Of a stretch of 64,000 nt of DNA, positions 10,977-21,106 are shown piece after piece. Made by a program: the position numbers and the translations under genes. Below the pieces are notes generated by a model. That model saw only the letters and a program-made list of their open reading frames with translations. It had not been told where the DNA came from and ran no database searches. The stretch's first letter is position 1. Each line of letters begins with the position of its first letter. Origin of the DNA: Actinomycetota bacterium (GTDB taxonomy: Bacteria; Actinomycetota; Thermoleophilia; BMS3ABIN01); contig JAMDDD010000004.1 in the NCBI GenBank assembly GCA_023489275.1, forward strand, positions 27,802 to 91,801, written 5' to 3'.

Positions 10977-11004
10977 GCCGCCCTCACCGGGCGGCGCTTT
11001 TTTT
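10977..11004 (+). terminator. Rho-independent terminator-like hairpin (GCCGCCC-tcacc-GGGCGGC then T7)
   Basis: perfect 7-bp GC stem, 5-nt loop and TTTTTTT tail, seen directly; lies ~310 nt downstream of the DUF3048 gene stop. Confidence 0.5.
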
Positions 11005-11060
11005 CGCCAAGATGAAGACTTCCCTTCCACTGCTGAAAGGATACTGGCTACCCGGTTCTT

Positions 11061-13400
11061 TTAATTCTCGTTTTCCGTTTCCGGGCTGGGAATGACCCGC
11101 AAGCGGGGTTGCCTGGCCTGGCGCCGCTCAGCGACCACGGCCGCGTGATCCCGGCAGAGCCGGGACGGCCACCAGTTCCACCGGCCCAGCAGCACGGCGA
11201 CGGAGGGCACCAGCAGGGTCCTGACAAAAAAAGTGTCCAGCAGGATGCCGAAGGCGATCGCGAAGCCGATCTGCTCGATCTGGGTGTTGCCGCCGCCGCT
11301 AAATCCCAGCACGGTAAACGTGCCCGCCAGAATCAGGCCGGCCGACGTGACCGTGCCGCCGGTGACACTGACCGCCTTGGCGATTGCGTCGCGCAGTGAA
11401 ATGTGACCGTGTGCCTCCTCGCGGATGCGGCTCATCACCAGGATGTTGTAATCCTCCCCCAATGCCATGGAAAAGATGAACATCAGGAATGGCAGAATAA
11501 AGTTCAGCCCTTCCTCCCCGCCCCAGTGAACGAAAACGATCATCGCAAATCCAAGCGAAGATATGTAGGAAAGCCCGACGGTGGCGATCAGGTACCAGGG
11601 CGCCACGAGGCTCCGGAGCATGATCGCCAGCAGCGCGGCGATGATCACCAGGACAATCGGCACGATGCGCCAGAGATCGGACGTCGCGGCGCTGCTGACG
11701 TCATATGCGGCGGCGTCCTGCCCGGCAACGCCGCTTTTGGCCGCACCGACGCTGCCGGCAACTTTGGCCAGCTGTGTCCGCAGAGCCGGCACCGCGTGCA
11801 TCGCCGCGTCCGATCCGGACGCGCCTGCCCTGAGCTGGCCGTAGAACTGGACGGTGCGGCCATCGGGGCTGATGTATTGCGCCGTCGAGCGGTATAGCTG
11901 GTAGAGCTGCGGAGTCAGCGCCCCGCCCGCCTTTGCCAGCAGCTTTGGATCTGGCGTGGCCGGCAGCGATCCCGGCGGTCCCAGCAGATGATGGAGCCGG
12001 GTCAACTCGACCGGGTTTAGCGATGCCTTGCCGCCGCCAAAAGGGCCGCCGACGGCGCTGAACATGGGCGAGGCCGCCAGCTTGTTTTCCGCCGCCGCCA
12101 CTGCGCCCAGATTGTTCCAGACAGGCTGATCAAACGCCATCAGCAGGCTTTCCGGATTATTGCTGGCTGCCGGAAAGTGGGATGTGATTACCGCGGATCC
12201 CTGATCGGAGTCGCTGCTGCCACCTGAGGAGCTGTTATCCGTAAAACCGGTCGTCTGCCAGCCAATGACTCCGCCCGCCAGTGCGCCAAAGAGGATGATG
12301 CCGGCGAGAAGCATGATCACCGGCCGCTGAACGATGCTGCCGGCCAGCCTGCCCCAGAGCCGGCTTTTTTGCGGTTTTGACAGATTTGCGGGCCAGAAGA
12401 CCGCCCGTCCCAGAACCGCCAGGAGCGCCGGCAGCAGCGTCAGCGCCGCCAGCAGCATCACCGCCAGGCCGATGGCAAGTCCCGGCCCGATCCCTTTGTA
12501 AATACCAAACGTGGCCAGCAGCAGGCTGACCAGCGCGGCCATCACGGTTAAAGCGGAGAATGTGATCGACTCGCCGACACGGGAGACACCCCTGATCACC
12601 GCCTCTTTGGGCGCCAGGCCGCGGCGCAGCTCCTCCCGCACCCGGAAAACCAGGAAGAGCCCGTAATCGGTGCCCGCTCCCAGAATCAGCACGATCAGGA
12701 GTATCTGCGTGATTTCCGACGCCTGGAGCCCGAGCTTTGTTGCTTCGGCGATCAGCGGGCCGGCAAGCGCCAGCGAAATCCCGGCGGGAAGCAGCGTTAC
12801 CAGCGGCGCCAGCAGCGACCGGTAGACAAGTAGTAACAATATGATAATGAGCAGGATGGAATAGATCTCCGCCGTATCGCGCGAACTCTTGCTGGTAGAG
12901 TTGGCGTCCACCTGTTTGGCAAGCGATCCGGTCAGATGAAAAGAAAGCCCGGCCGGCGCGGAAACCCGGGTGAAGCTGGAGCGGATGCCGGAGACGAGCC
13001 TGTCGGCGCCGGACCCAAAATCGGAGTTGACGCCCACCATGATTTCATCCGCCTGGCCGTCCGGCGACAGCCCCTGGTCGCGCACCATGCTGACGCCGGG
13101 AAGTTTCCGCACCGCCTGCTCGACCTGCGCAGCCGCCTGCTGGTCGGCGGCGGTGAGGGAGCCGGAGGCGCGCGACATGACGATGGTTACGGTAGTGTTC
13201 GTCTGCTTGCCGCGGAAAGGCGCCGCCATCTGCATCGCCCGCATGCTGGGAGAATCGGCGGGCAGGAATGCTGAATTGTTGGACTGGCTGACGCTGGCCA
13301 GCGACGGCAGCGTCTTGATGACGATGGGAACCGCCGCAATCCAGGCGGCAATGACCAGCCAGCGATAGCGGACGGAGAAGCGGGCAAGAGCGCTAAACAT
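11061..13400 (-). CDS. MMPL-family (RND superfamily) membrane transporter
   Basis: 779 aa; two blocks of six TM helices each after a large extracytoplasmic domain, typical MmpL architecture. Confidence 0.8.
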   Translation of the reverse strand: MFSALARFSVRYRWLVIAAWIAAVPIVIKTLPSLASVSQSNNSAFLPADSPSMRAMQMAAPFRGKQTNTTVTIVMSRASGSLTAADQQAAAQVEQAVRKLPGVSMVRDQGLSPDGQADEIMVGVNSDFGSGADRLVSGIRSSFTRVSAPAGLSFHLTGSLAKQVDANSTSKSSRDTAEIYSILLIIILLLLVYRSLLAPLVTLLPAGISLALAGPLIAEATKLGLQASEITQILLIVLILGAGTDYGLFLVFRVREELRRGLAPKEAVIRGVSRVGESITFSALTVMAALVSLLLATFGIYKGIGPGLAIGLAVMLLAALTLLPALLAVLGRAVFWPANLSKPQKSRLWGRLAGSIVQRPVIMLLAGIILFGALAGGVIGWQTTGFTDNSSSGGSSDSDQGSAVITSHFPAASNNPESLLMAFDQPVWNNLGAVAAAENKLAASPMFSAVGGPFGGGKASLNPVELTRLHHLLGPPGSLPATPDPKLLAKAGGALTPQLYQLYRSTAQYISPDGRTVQFYGQLRAGASGSDAAMHAVPALRTQLAKVAGSVGAAKSGVAGQDAAAYDVSSAATSDLWRIVPIVLVIIAALLAIMLRSLVAPWYLIATVGLSYISSLGFAMIVFVHWGGEEGLNFILPFLMFIFSMALGEDYNILVMSRIREEAHGHISLRDAIAKAVSVTGGTVTSAGLILAGTFTVLGFSGGGNTQIEQIGFAIAFGILLDTFFVRTLLVPSVAVLLGRWNWWPSRLCRDHAAVVAERRQARQPRLRVIPSPETENEN

Positions 13401-13648
13401 GCGCGGCAGATTCTTTGTGATTACGGATCATATATGACATAACCGGCCGGCTCCGGCCGGATACTGATTGCCTGCGCCGGACTTTTGGCTTCCATAAAAA
13501 TACCTGTATGAAGCCGTAACCACAAGATTATAGGCGGCGCTTGTAAGCAATTTGTAAAACCTGCCCTTGGGACACATTTTCCGAGGGCAGCCGGGCAGTT
13601 GCCGCTGGTCAAAGGGGACCCAGCAGGTATTTACCTCCACTAACGGCG

Positions 13649-14671
13649 CTAAAACAGCTTGTCTTCGGCAGAAGGCGCTTCCGCTCCCAGGTGCTCGTAG
13701 GCCAGCCGGGTGGCGATGCGGCCGCGGGGGGTGCGCCGGATCAGCCCGCACTTGAGCAGGTAGGGTTCGTAGACATCCTCGATCGTGTCCCGCTCTTCGC
13801 CGATCGCCACCGACAGGGTGCTGAGGCCGACCGGGCCACCGTCGAACTTGTCGATGATCAGCCTCAGGATTTCGCGGTCGACCTTGTCCAGGCCTTCGCT
13901 GTCGACTTCCAGCATCCCCAGCGCCTGCCTTGCCACTTCCTCCGTGATCGTGCCGTTCCCCTTGACCTGGGCGTAGTCGCGCACGCGCTTCAGCAGCCGG
14001 TTGCAGACGCGGGGAGTTCCCCGCGAGCGGCCGGCGATCTCGATCAGGCCAGCATCCTCAGCATCCACACCCAGGATCGACGCCGAGCGGCCGGCAATTT
14101 TTGACAGCTCTTCCGCGTTGTAGTAGTCAAGCCGGTGGGTAACGCCAAACCGGTCCCGGAGCGGCGTGGTAATGAGGCCGGCGCGCGTAGTGGCCCCCAC
14201 CATCGTAAACGGGGGCACGTCCAGCCGGATGGTGCGGGCGCTGGGCCCCTGACCGATGATGATATCAAGCTGATAATCCTCCATGGCCGGGTAGAGCACT
14301 TCCTCCACGGAGCGGCCGAGACGATGGATCTCATCGATGAAGAGGATGTCACCTTCCTGAAGATTAGTCAAAATAGCGGCAATGTCGGCCTTGCGTTCCA
14401 GCGCCGGGCCCGAAGTCGTGCGGATGGAAACGCCCATCTCGCTGGCGATGATTCCCGCCAGCGTGGTTTTGCCCAGTCCGGGAGGGCCCACCAGCAGCAC
14501 ATGGTCAAGCGCCTCGTGCCGCGACTGCGCCGCCTCGATGAAGATCGCCAGCTGCCCGCGGACGCTATCCTGACCGACAAACTCGGCAAACCGGCGGGGA
14601 CGGAGTGAACCCTCCATCTCCGCTTCTTCCAGTTGCACCGCCGGGTCCGACAAGCGGAAATCATCATTCAT
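13649..14671 (-). CDS. ruvB: Holliday junction branch migration ATPase RuvB
   Basis: 340 aa; Walker [12 protein letters not shown] and sensor motifs; follows ruvA. Confidence 0.95.
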   Translation of the reverse strand: MNDDFRLSDPAVQLEEAEMEGSLRPRRFAEFVGQDSVRGQLAIFIEAAQSRHEALDHVLLVGPPGLGKTTLAGIIASEMGVSIRTTSGPALERKADIAAILTNLQEGDILFIDEIHRLGRSVEEVLYPAMEDYQLDIIIGQGPSARTIRLDVPPFTMVGATTRAGLITTPLRDRFGVTHRLDYYNAEELSKIAGRSASILGVDAEDAGLIEIAGRSRGTPRVCNRLLKRVRDYAQVKGNGTITEEVARQALGMLEVDSEGLDKVDREILRLIIDKFDGGPVGLSTLSVAIGEERDTIEDVYEPYLLKCGLIRRTPRGRIATRLAYEHLGAEAPSAEDKLF

Positions 14672-14849
14672 CGCTTTTCTTTCCTTCGAGATTCCCGATT
14701 ACGCTCTGCTGACTGCCGCATAGTTCTGAAATATTCTTTCTTGTCATGCCAGTAAGTGAAAAGAAAATGAAATAAAGGAGCGGTGCGCCAAAAATCAGTC
14801 CGGGGACAGCGCCAGTTATTTGCGGCCGCTCCAAGGGAAAATCATCCTC

Positions 14850-15436
14850 CTAGATTTTACTAATCTTCTTCAGCGCGCCCTTCACCAGTTCCTCCACGTC
14901 TTGCCCCGGATCGGCGCCGGCCAGCGCCGCTTCAGCTTCCGTAAAATTGTAGCCGAGGCTGATGAGCGCTTCCCGCGCCAGATAGTAGCCGCCGCCGGCC
15001 GCGTCACCGCCGGCCGCGCTTCCCCCGGCAGGCGTCATCGCCGCTTCGCCCACCTTGTCCTTCAGCTCCAGCACCAGCCGCTCGGCTGTTTTCTTGCCGA
15101 TCCCGGTGATGCTTTGAAACAGCGTTATATCCTTGTTGATTACAGCGCGCCTGAGATCGGCGGGCGAATAGGCGGACAGGATGGAAATCGCGACTTTCGG
15201 CCCCACCCCCGACACCCCTTTGAGAATCTCGAAAAATTCTCGCTCCTTGTCTTCGACAAAGCCGAACAGGCTGAGGGTGTCTTCGCGTACGTACAGATAT
15301 GTATGGATAAAAACCTCGCCGGCGGCCCCTTCCAGAAATGAGAGGCTGCGGGCGGACATCTTCAGCCGGTAGCCGACGCCGCCAACGTCAAGGACGATCC
15401 CGTCGCCTTGACGCGACTGGATCTTCCCGGTCAAAG
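14850..15436 (-). CDS. ruvA: Holliday junction DNA helicase subunit RuvA
   Basis: conserved N-terminus VIASLTGKIQ...VLDVGGVGYRL; start trimmed to the GTG at 15436 because the ORF-track extension (MPRSF..) is Arg-rich and unconserved. Confidence 0.85.
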
Positions 15437-15442
15437 AGGCAA

Positions 15443-15997
15443 TCACGTTCTTCCTTTGGTGGCAACCGGTCTGCTGCGCGCGGGCCGGCCGCCGGAATTG
15501 CCTGCGGTGGCGGCGCCGGCCCGGACTCCGTTTGTTAATCTCATGGAATGAACGTGGCACAGTGCCACTGCCAGCGCATCAGCGGCGTGATCAGGAGTCG
15601 GAATCCGGGGCAAGCAAAGCAGAACCTTCACCATTTGCTGCACCTGCTCCTTGCCGGCACGGCCGTAGCCCGCCACTGCCTGCTTGATCCTCAGCGCCGT
15701 GTAGTCATGAGGGACGACGCCCCGCTCACCGCAAGCCAGGACCGCCACCCCGCGCGCCTGGCCGACGGCCAGCGCCGTCTTCAGATTGATTCCGCCGAAA
15801 AGCTCTTCGATAGCCGCCCCGTCAGGTTCATGCCTGTCGATCACCGCCGTGACGCCGGCGTAAATTTGGGACAGCCTTGCATGGGGGGCGCTTCGGGAAG
15901 ACGTGGTGATGACGCCATGCTCCACCAGGCGCGAGCGGCCGGAGCGATGCTCAATGACTCCCCAGCCGGTGGCGGCGATGCCGGGATCGATGCCCAT
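15443..15997 (-). CDS. ruvC: crossover junction endodeoxyribonuclease RuvC
   Basis: MGIDPGIAATGWGVIEH RNase-H-like N-terminus; ATG at 15997 chosen (an alternative ATG lies at 16039). Confidence 0.85.
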   Translation of the reverse strand: MGIDPGIAATGWGVIEHRSGRSRLVEHGVITTSSRSAPHARLSQIYAGVTAVIDRHEPDGAAIEELFGGINLKTALAVGQARGVAVLACGERGVVPHDYTALRIKQAVAGYGRAGKEQVQQMVKVLLCLPRIPTPDHAADALAVALCHVHSMRLTNGVRAGAATAGNSGGRPARSRPVATKGRT

Positions 15998-16042
15998 GAT
16001 CCGGACCGGCGTCACTGATGAATTCGTCACATAAACCATATG

Positions 16043-16146
16043 AATAGTTTCAGTTTCGAGTTTCTGGCTTCGAATACTGGTGCGCGCTGATTTCAAATAT
16101 TAAAATGTGCCAACTAGAAGCTTTGAACCAAAAACTGGAAACTGGT
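16043..16146. repeat. intergenic word-repeat inverted repeat (AGTTTC units) between ruvC and yebC
   Basis: agtttcagtttcgagtttctgg ... ccaaaaactggaaactgg arms are reverse complements, seen directly. Confidence 0.6.
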
Positions 16147-16149
16147 CTT

Positions 16150-16896
16150 TTACGCCAGCGCCTCCAGCACTTCCTCGCTGATATCGAAGTTGGCGTGAAC
16201 TTCCTGGACGTCGTCGTTATCCTCCAGGGCATCCATTAACCGCAAAATCTTTTTGGCGTCGCTTTGCTCCAGTTCGATTGTGTTTTTCGGCAGCATTGCC
16301 AGCTCCGCCGACTCAAAGTCGATTCCCGCCTCTGCCAGCGCCGCGCGCACCGGCATGAAATCGGCCGGCTCGGTGACGATCTCGTAAGTGCTCTCGTCCT
16401 GGGAAACATCCTCCGCGCCGGCGTCAATGGCGGCGGTCATCAGCTGGTCCTCATCCACCTTATTCGCATCGACAACGATGGAACCCTTGCGCTCAAACAT
16501 CCAGGCGACCGAGCCTGTTTCACCCAGTTTGCCGTTGTTGCGGTTAAAGATGTTCCGCACTTCGGCCGCGGTGCGGTTCCGGTTATCGGTCATCGCTTCC
16601 ACCAGTACGGCGACGCCAGCCGGCCCGTATCCCTCATAAGTGATTGTTTCGTAAATCTCGCCGTCTCCGCCGCCCGCGCCCCGCTGGATGGCCCGCTCGA
16701 TGTTATCCTTCGGCATCGAGTTGTCCTTGGCCTTCTGGATAGCTGTCGCCAGCGTGGCGTTGCCGGTCGGGTCGGGGCCGCCTTCCTTGGCGGCCACGGT
16801 GATGGCGCGTGACAGCTTGGAGAAGAGCTTGCCGCGCTTGGCGTCCGCGGCGCCCTTTTTATGCTTGATGGATGACCATTTGGAATGTCCGGACAT
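16150..16896 (-). CDS. yebC: YebC/PmpR family transcriptional regulator
   Basis: [29 protein letters not shown]-terminus; GGAGGA Shine-Dalgarno 5 nt upstream; yebC-ruvCAB arrangement. Confidence 0.92.
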   Translation of the reverse strand: MSGHSKWSSIKHKKGAADAKRGKLFSKLSRAITVAAKEGGPDPTGNATLATAIQKAKDNSMPKDNIERAIQRGAGGGDGEIYETITYEGYGPAGVAVLVEAMTDNRNRTAAEVRNIFNRNNGKLGETGSVAWMFERKGSIVVDANKVDEDQLMTAAIDAGAEDVSQDESTYEIVTEPADFMPVRAALAEAGIDFESAELAMLPKNTIELEQSDAKKILRLMDALEDNDDVQEVHANFDISEEVLEALA

Positions 16897-17691
16897 AGTT
16901 CCTCCGGGGTAGGATTACAGGGAAACGGCCGGATGCGGGTGCGGCGAACAGCTATATGCCTTTTGAAAAATGGGGCCTATGCCGGTCGCACGGCCCTCGC
17001 CGGGGCCCGATTTTGCTCAAGTAATTCAAGTAATAATATACCAGAGCGGGCGGGCTTGCATGCCCGACCCCGCCGGTGCCGGTAGCGCAAACTGGATTCG
17101 GTTGTCCCCCGGGCCCTCGACACAAAAGATCAGGTTTCCTCTTTTAAGACGTGCAAATAGCGCCGGCATTCAAACATGCCGGGTCGCCTGCTGGCGTTTT
17201 CCGCCAGACCGGTTGGTTCTCCCATTGACATGCGAAAATTGTTTCACCGGGTGCCGGCGGGCTCACTGGCGCGAACTGTCATCAGCCCGGCCTTTTCCGA
17301 ACGGCGGACTCCCCTGGCTACGACAGGCCCAGAGTGGTGAGGGCGCTCCTGGTTTGTGCCAGGCTTTCGTGGACGATCGCATTTATCCCCAGCCTGCCGG
17401 TAACATTCCCGTTGGAGGAGGATGAATCACAAGGTTTAAGGCGGTTAACTGCAGATTTGCCGGTAGATGAAATGCCGGCGGCTTTCAGCGAGAAATTCTT
17501 CCCCGTTCATCTTCACCGGCACCCGCGCGGGCTCCCAGCCTTCCTGGTAAATACCACGGATCAGCTCCGGCAGCTACGCGCCCAGGTTGGCCGCTTCGTT
17601 GACCGGCAGCCGGTCCTTAATCCTCTAACTGGATTATCGCCGGTGGGCAGATGGCCAAACTTTCGAAATCGCGCCAGCAGATATACGCGAC

Positions 17692-17898
17692 TCACTCCCC
17701 GTTTTGTTTGAGGTAATACATCGCTCCGATGAAGCCGCCAAAGAAGATAATCGTTGACCAGAGCAGGAATGAATGGTCATCGACGGATCCGATTCGATGA
17801 AGGTAAGAAAGATGGCGGATTGCCCGCGCCTGAAGCCTCAACTGCAAGTAGAGGAGCGGCAAGACCACCAGGATAATGACTATTGCCGTCAGCGCCAC
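17692..17898 (-). CDS. hypothetical small membrane protein (2 TM)
   Basis: 68-aa ORF with two hydrophobic helices immediately downstream of pdxT (10-nt overlap); no homology recognised. Confidence 0.3.
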   Translation of the reverse strand: MALTAIVIILVVLPLLYLQLRLQARAIRHLSYLHRIGSVDDHSFLLWSTIIFFGGFIGAMYYLKQNGE

Positions 17899-18473
17899 GG
17901 CGTTAAGCTCGCGGCCATGCCGATAAACTGCCGGTGCAGCCGGAGGTCCTCTGTAAGCTCAGGGTGGAATGCCGTCACCAGCAGGTTGTCCTGGCGGGCG
18001 GCGACGGCATGACCCTGATATTCGGCCAGAACCTCGACCCCGGGGCCGGCGGATTCAATCCAGGGAGCGCGGATGAAGACGCCGTGGAACGGCTCCTTGC
18101 CCAGAAGGGGGAGGTCGAGGTCGGCCTCAAAGCTTCTCACCTGCCGGCCAAAGGCGTTGCGCCGCACCCGAATGTCCATCAGTCCCAGCAACGGCTGTTC
18201 GCCTTCCACGACTTCGCGCGCCAGCATCACCAGTCCGGCGCAGGTGCCAAAGACCGGCAGCCCGGCCGCCGCCAGTTCCCGCACGGACTCGAGCAAATGG
18301 TAGCTGACCATCAGTTTGCCGATAGTGGTGCTCTCACCGCCGGGGATTACAAGCGCGTCGAGTCCTTCCAGCTCGGCGGGGAGGCGCACCTCGCGGGCGG
18401 CGGCGCCGGCCTTTGCCAGCGCCCGGCGATGCTCGCGAAAGGCGCCCTGCAGAGCCAGGACGCCGATTAGCAA
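17889..18473 (-). CDS. pdxT: pyridoxal 5'-phosphate synthase glutaminase subunit PdxT
   Basis: LLIGVLALQGAFREH, GTCAG catalytic Cys; start trimmed to the TTG at 18473 (the ORF-track N-extension is not conserved). Confidence 0.85.
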   Translation of the reverse strand: MLIGVLALQGAFREHRRALAKAGAAAREVRLPAELEGLDALVIPGGESTTIGKLMVSYHLLESVRELAAAGLPVFGTCAGLVMLAREVVEGEQPLLGLMDIRVRRNAFGRQVRSFEADLDLPLLGKEPFHGVFIRAPWIESAGPGVEVLAEYQGHAVAARQDNLLVTAFHPELTEDLRLHRQFIGMAASLTPWR

Positions 18474-18624
18474 AGCTTTTCCTTGGGAAGAAGTCAAAGC
18501 TCTTCTCTTCTTTTTAGCAGACTCACCCAGGATCGAACTGCTGATAAGAAAGTGTGCTCTAACCAGGAAGCGATGGCTCAGCAAAGATGCTCATCAATAA
18601 AAGCAGAGGGCAGCGTTTTTGATG

Positions 18625-19506
18625 TTACCAACCGCGGTGCTGGATCAGGTTCTCCTCGCCCAGCTCTTTGATGTCAAGGCCGCGCATGGCGTCCTTGAGG
18701 CCGGCGGAAACGCGGGCCAGCACCTCCGGGTCATTGAAGTGTGTGGTCGCCTCGACGATGGCCTTGCCGCGCGCGGCCGGGTCGGCGCTCTTGAAGATGC
18801 CGGATCCGACAAAGACGCCCTCGGCGCCCAGTTGCATCATCATCGCTGCGTCGGCCGGCGTCGCCAGTCCGCCGGCGGAGAAATTAACTACCGGCAGCCT
18901 GCCATTCTCAGCCACCCACTTGACCAGTTCGCAGGGAGCGCGCAGATCCTTCGCCGCCTTGAACAGCTCGTCTTCGTCCATGCCCGCCAGCTTGCGGATC
19001 TCGCCGGTGATGGTGCGCATATGCCGGACCGCCTCGACAACGTTGCCGGTGCCTGCCTCCCCCTTGGTGCGGATCATCGCCGCGCCCTCACTGATGCGCC
19101 GGAGCGCCTCGCCTAAATTGATGGCTCCGCAGACAAATGGTACTTTAAATTTCCACTTGTTGATGTGGTTGGACTCATCGGCCGGAGTCAGCACTTCGGA
19201 CTCATCAACGTAGTCAACTTCGAGCGCCTCCAGAATCTGCGCCTCGACGAAGTGGCCGATGCGCGCCTTGGCCATCACCGGAATGGACACCGCTTCCTGG
19301 ATTTCCTTGATCTTTTCCGGATCGGACATGCGCGCCACCCCGCCATCGGCGCGGATGTCGGACGGCACCCGCTCCAGCGCCATCACCGCACAGGCGCCGG
19401 CTTCCTCGGCGACGCGGGCCTGCTCGGCGTCGGTCACGTCCATAATGACACCGCCCTTGAGCATTTCCGCCAGGCCGGTTTTTACTTTCATCGTACCGAT
19501 TTTCAT
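18625..19506 (-). CDS. pdxS: pyridoxal 5'-phosphate synthase lyase subunit PdxS
   Basis: 293 aa; [17 protein letters not shown] and the rest are highly PdxS-like. Confidence 0.95.
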   Translation of the reverse strand: MKIGTMKVKTGLAEMLKGGVIMDVTDAEQARVAEEAGACAVMALERVPSDIRADGGVARMSDPEKIKEIQEAVSIPVMAKARIGHFVEAQILEALEVDYVDESEVLTPADESNHINKWKFKVPFVCGAINLGEALRRISEGAAMIRTKGEAGTGNVVEAVRHMRTITGEIRKLAGMDEDELFKAAKDLRAPCELVKWVAENGRLPVVNFSAGGLATPADAAMMMQLGAEGVFVGSGIFKSADPAARGKAIVEATTHFNDPEVLARVSAGLKDAMRGLDIKELGEENLIQHRGW

Positions 19507-19711
19507 GCCTTAAACCTCCTCGGAATCAGATAAATAGTTTATCAAAAAGGAGTTCCCACTTCCGGGTTCCCCGGTCCCTGGTTTCGACTTCTGGCTTTGG
19601 GGTTGCCGATCCGGCATCCGGAATCCATCGCCTGTCCAGGTTGTGGCTTTCTATTGCAGGGTATAAAATCCGACTATTCCGGAATGACCTGCCCTGGGAT
19701 TTTCAGGTAGT

Positions 19712-19755
19712 TTTTGGTTCATCCAGAATCCAGCATTCAGAATCCAGTATCTGCC
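19712..19755. repeat. GTTTTTGGTTCATCC-(AGAATCC)n element upstream of the IMPDH-family gene
   Basis: ggtagtttttggttcatccagaatccagcattcagaatccagtatc; 14 nt before the ATG at 19769. Confidence 0.5.
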
Positions 19756-19768
19756 AAACGGAGGTTTC

Positions 19769-20926
19769 ATGGAAGTAGAGATCGGGCGAGGCAAAAAGGG
19801 AAGACGGGCCTACGGCCTGGACGATATTGCTATCGTCCCCAGCCGAAGGACACGCGACGTCGAAGATGTTGACATCAGCTGGCAGATCGGCAATCACCAG
19901 TTGGCGATTCCCTGCCTCGCCTCCGCGATGGACGGCGTTGTTGACCCGAAGTTCGCGGTGGAGATGGGAAAGATCGGCGGGCTGGCCGTACTCAACCTCG
20001 AAGGCATCCAGACGCGCTTTGCCGACGCCGAGGAGCAGCTGAAAAAGATCGCGGCGCTGCCGGTTGACCAGGCGACGCGCGGGCTTCAGGAGATTTACCA
20101 GGAGCCCATCAAGCCGGAATTGATCAGCCAGCGGATCAGGGAGATCAAGGACCAGGGCGTGATCGCCGCTGCATCGCTTACCCCTCAGAAAGTTACCCAG
20201 TACTATGAATTGGCGCTCGACGCCGGTCTGGACGTGCTCATCATCCAGGGAACAGTGGTAAGCGCGGAGCATGTCAGCTCCGTGGTGGAGCCGCTTAACC
20301 TGAAAAAATTCATCGCCGACGTGCCGGTTCCTGTCATTGTCGGCGGCTGCGCCTCTTACACCACCGCCCTGCATCTGATGCGCACCGGCGCTATTGGCGT
20401 GCTCGTGGGCGTCGGGCCCGGCGCCGCCTGCACCACCCGGGGCGTTCTGGGGATTGGCGTCCCTCAGGCTACCGCGGTCGCGGACGCCGCTGCTGCCCGG
20501 GTGCAGCACTTGCTGGAGACCGGCAATTTCGTCAAAGTCATCGCCGACGGCGGCATGCGCACCGGCGGCGACATCGCCAAAGCAATCGCCTGCGGCGCCG
20601 ATGCCGTCATGATCGGCTCGCCGCTTTCCCGGGCCTTTGAAGCGCCCGGCCACGGCTATCACTGGGGCATGGCAACCTTCCACCCACAGCTTCCCCGGGG
20701 CACCCGGGTCAGGACAAATCAGGTGGCGAGCCTGAAAGAGATCCTTGTCGGACCGGCGCGTGAGAACGACGGCACCCTCAACCTGTTCGGTGCGCTCAAG
20801 ACGTCGCTGGCAACCTGCGGCTATGAGAACATCCAGGCGTTCCAGAAAGCGGAAGTGATGGTGGCGCCATCGCTCCAGACGGAAGGCAAGAAGCTGCAGC
20901 GCGAGCAGGACGTGGGGATGGGATAA
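19769..20926 (+). CDS. IMP dehydrogenase/GMP reductase family protein without CBS domains (GuaB3-like)
   Basis: 385 aa TIM-barrel of the IMPDH family (GLDDIAIVPSRRTRD, IVGGCASY, ADGGMRTGGDIAKAIACGADAVMIGS), no CBS pair. Confidence 0.8.
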   Translation: MEVEIGRGKKGRRAYGLDDIAIVPSRRTRDVEDVDISWQIGNHQLAIPCLASAMDGVVDPKFAVEMGKIGGLAVLNLEGIQTRFADAEEQLKKIAALPVDQATRGLQEIYQEPIKPELISQRIREIKDQGVIAAASLTPQKVTQYYELALDAGLDVLIIQGTVVSAEHVSSVVEPLNLKKFIADVPVPVIVGGCASYTTALHLMRTGAIGVLVGVGPGAACTTRGVLGIGVPQATAVADAAAARVQHLLETGNFVKVIADGGMRTGGDIAKAIACGADAVMIGSPLSRAFEAPGHGYHWGMATFHPQLPRGTRVRTNQVASLKEILVGPARENDGTLNLFGALKTSLATCGYENIQAFQKAEVMVAPSLQTEGKKLQREQDVGMG

Positions 20927-21106
20927 AATCCCAAGTTCCAAGTTTTGAGTCTTGGACTCTTTCGTCAGATTGTAAGCGTTTGACTCTTTAATAGGCCGGA
21001 AAATTTTGTCGTTCTGAGTCCTAAGTTGGCTGGGAAATAGCCAACCCATTGGATTTCCGGAGGGAAAGCTTGGAACCTGGAACTTTGAACCTGGAACCTG
21101 TTTCTC

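Noticed and set aside
16970-17425. 151-aa plus-strand ORF in the gene-poor region
   Set aside because: Pro/Gly/Arg-rich translation without motifs, and no RBS; the region is better explained as a decayed or non-coding stretch
18474-18624. tRNA-like D-loop motif (TGGTTAGAGCAC) and GTTCGATCC on the minus strand in the pdxS-pdxT spacer
   Set aside because: No acceptor stem, anticodon arm or T stem could be paired; probably coincidental or a decayed fragment, not a tRNA gene
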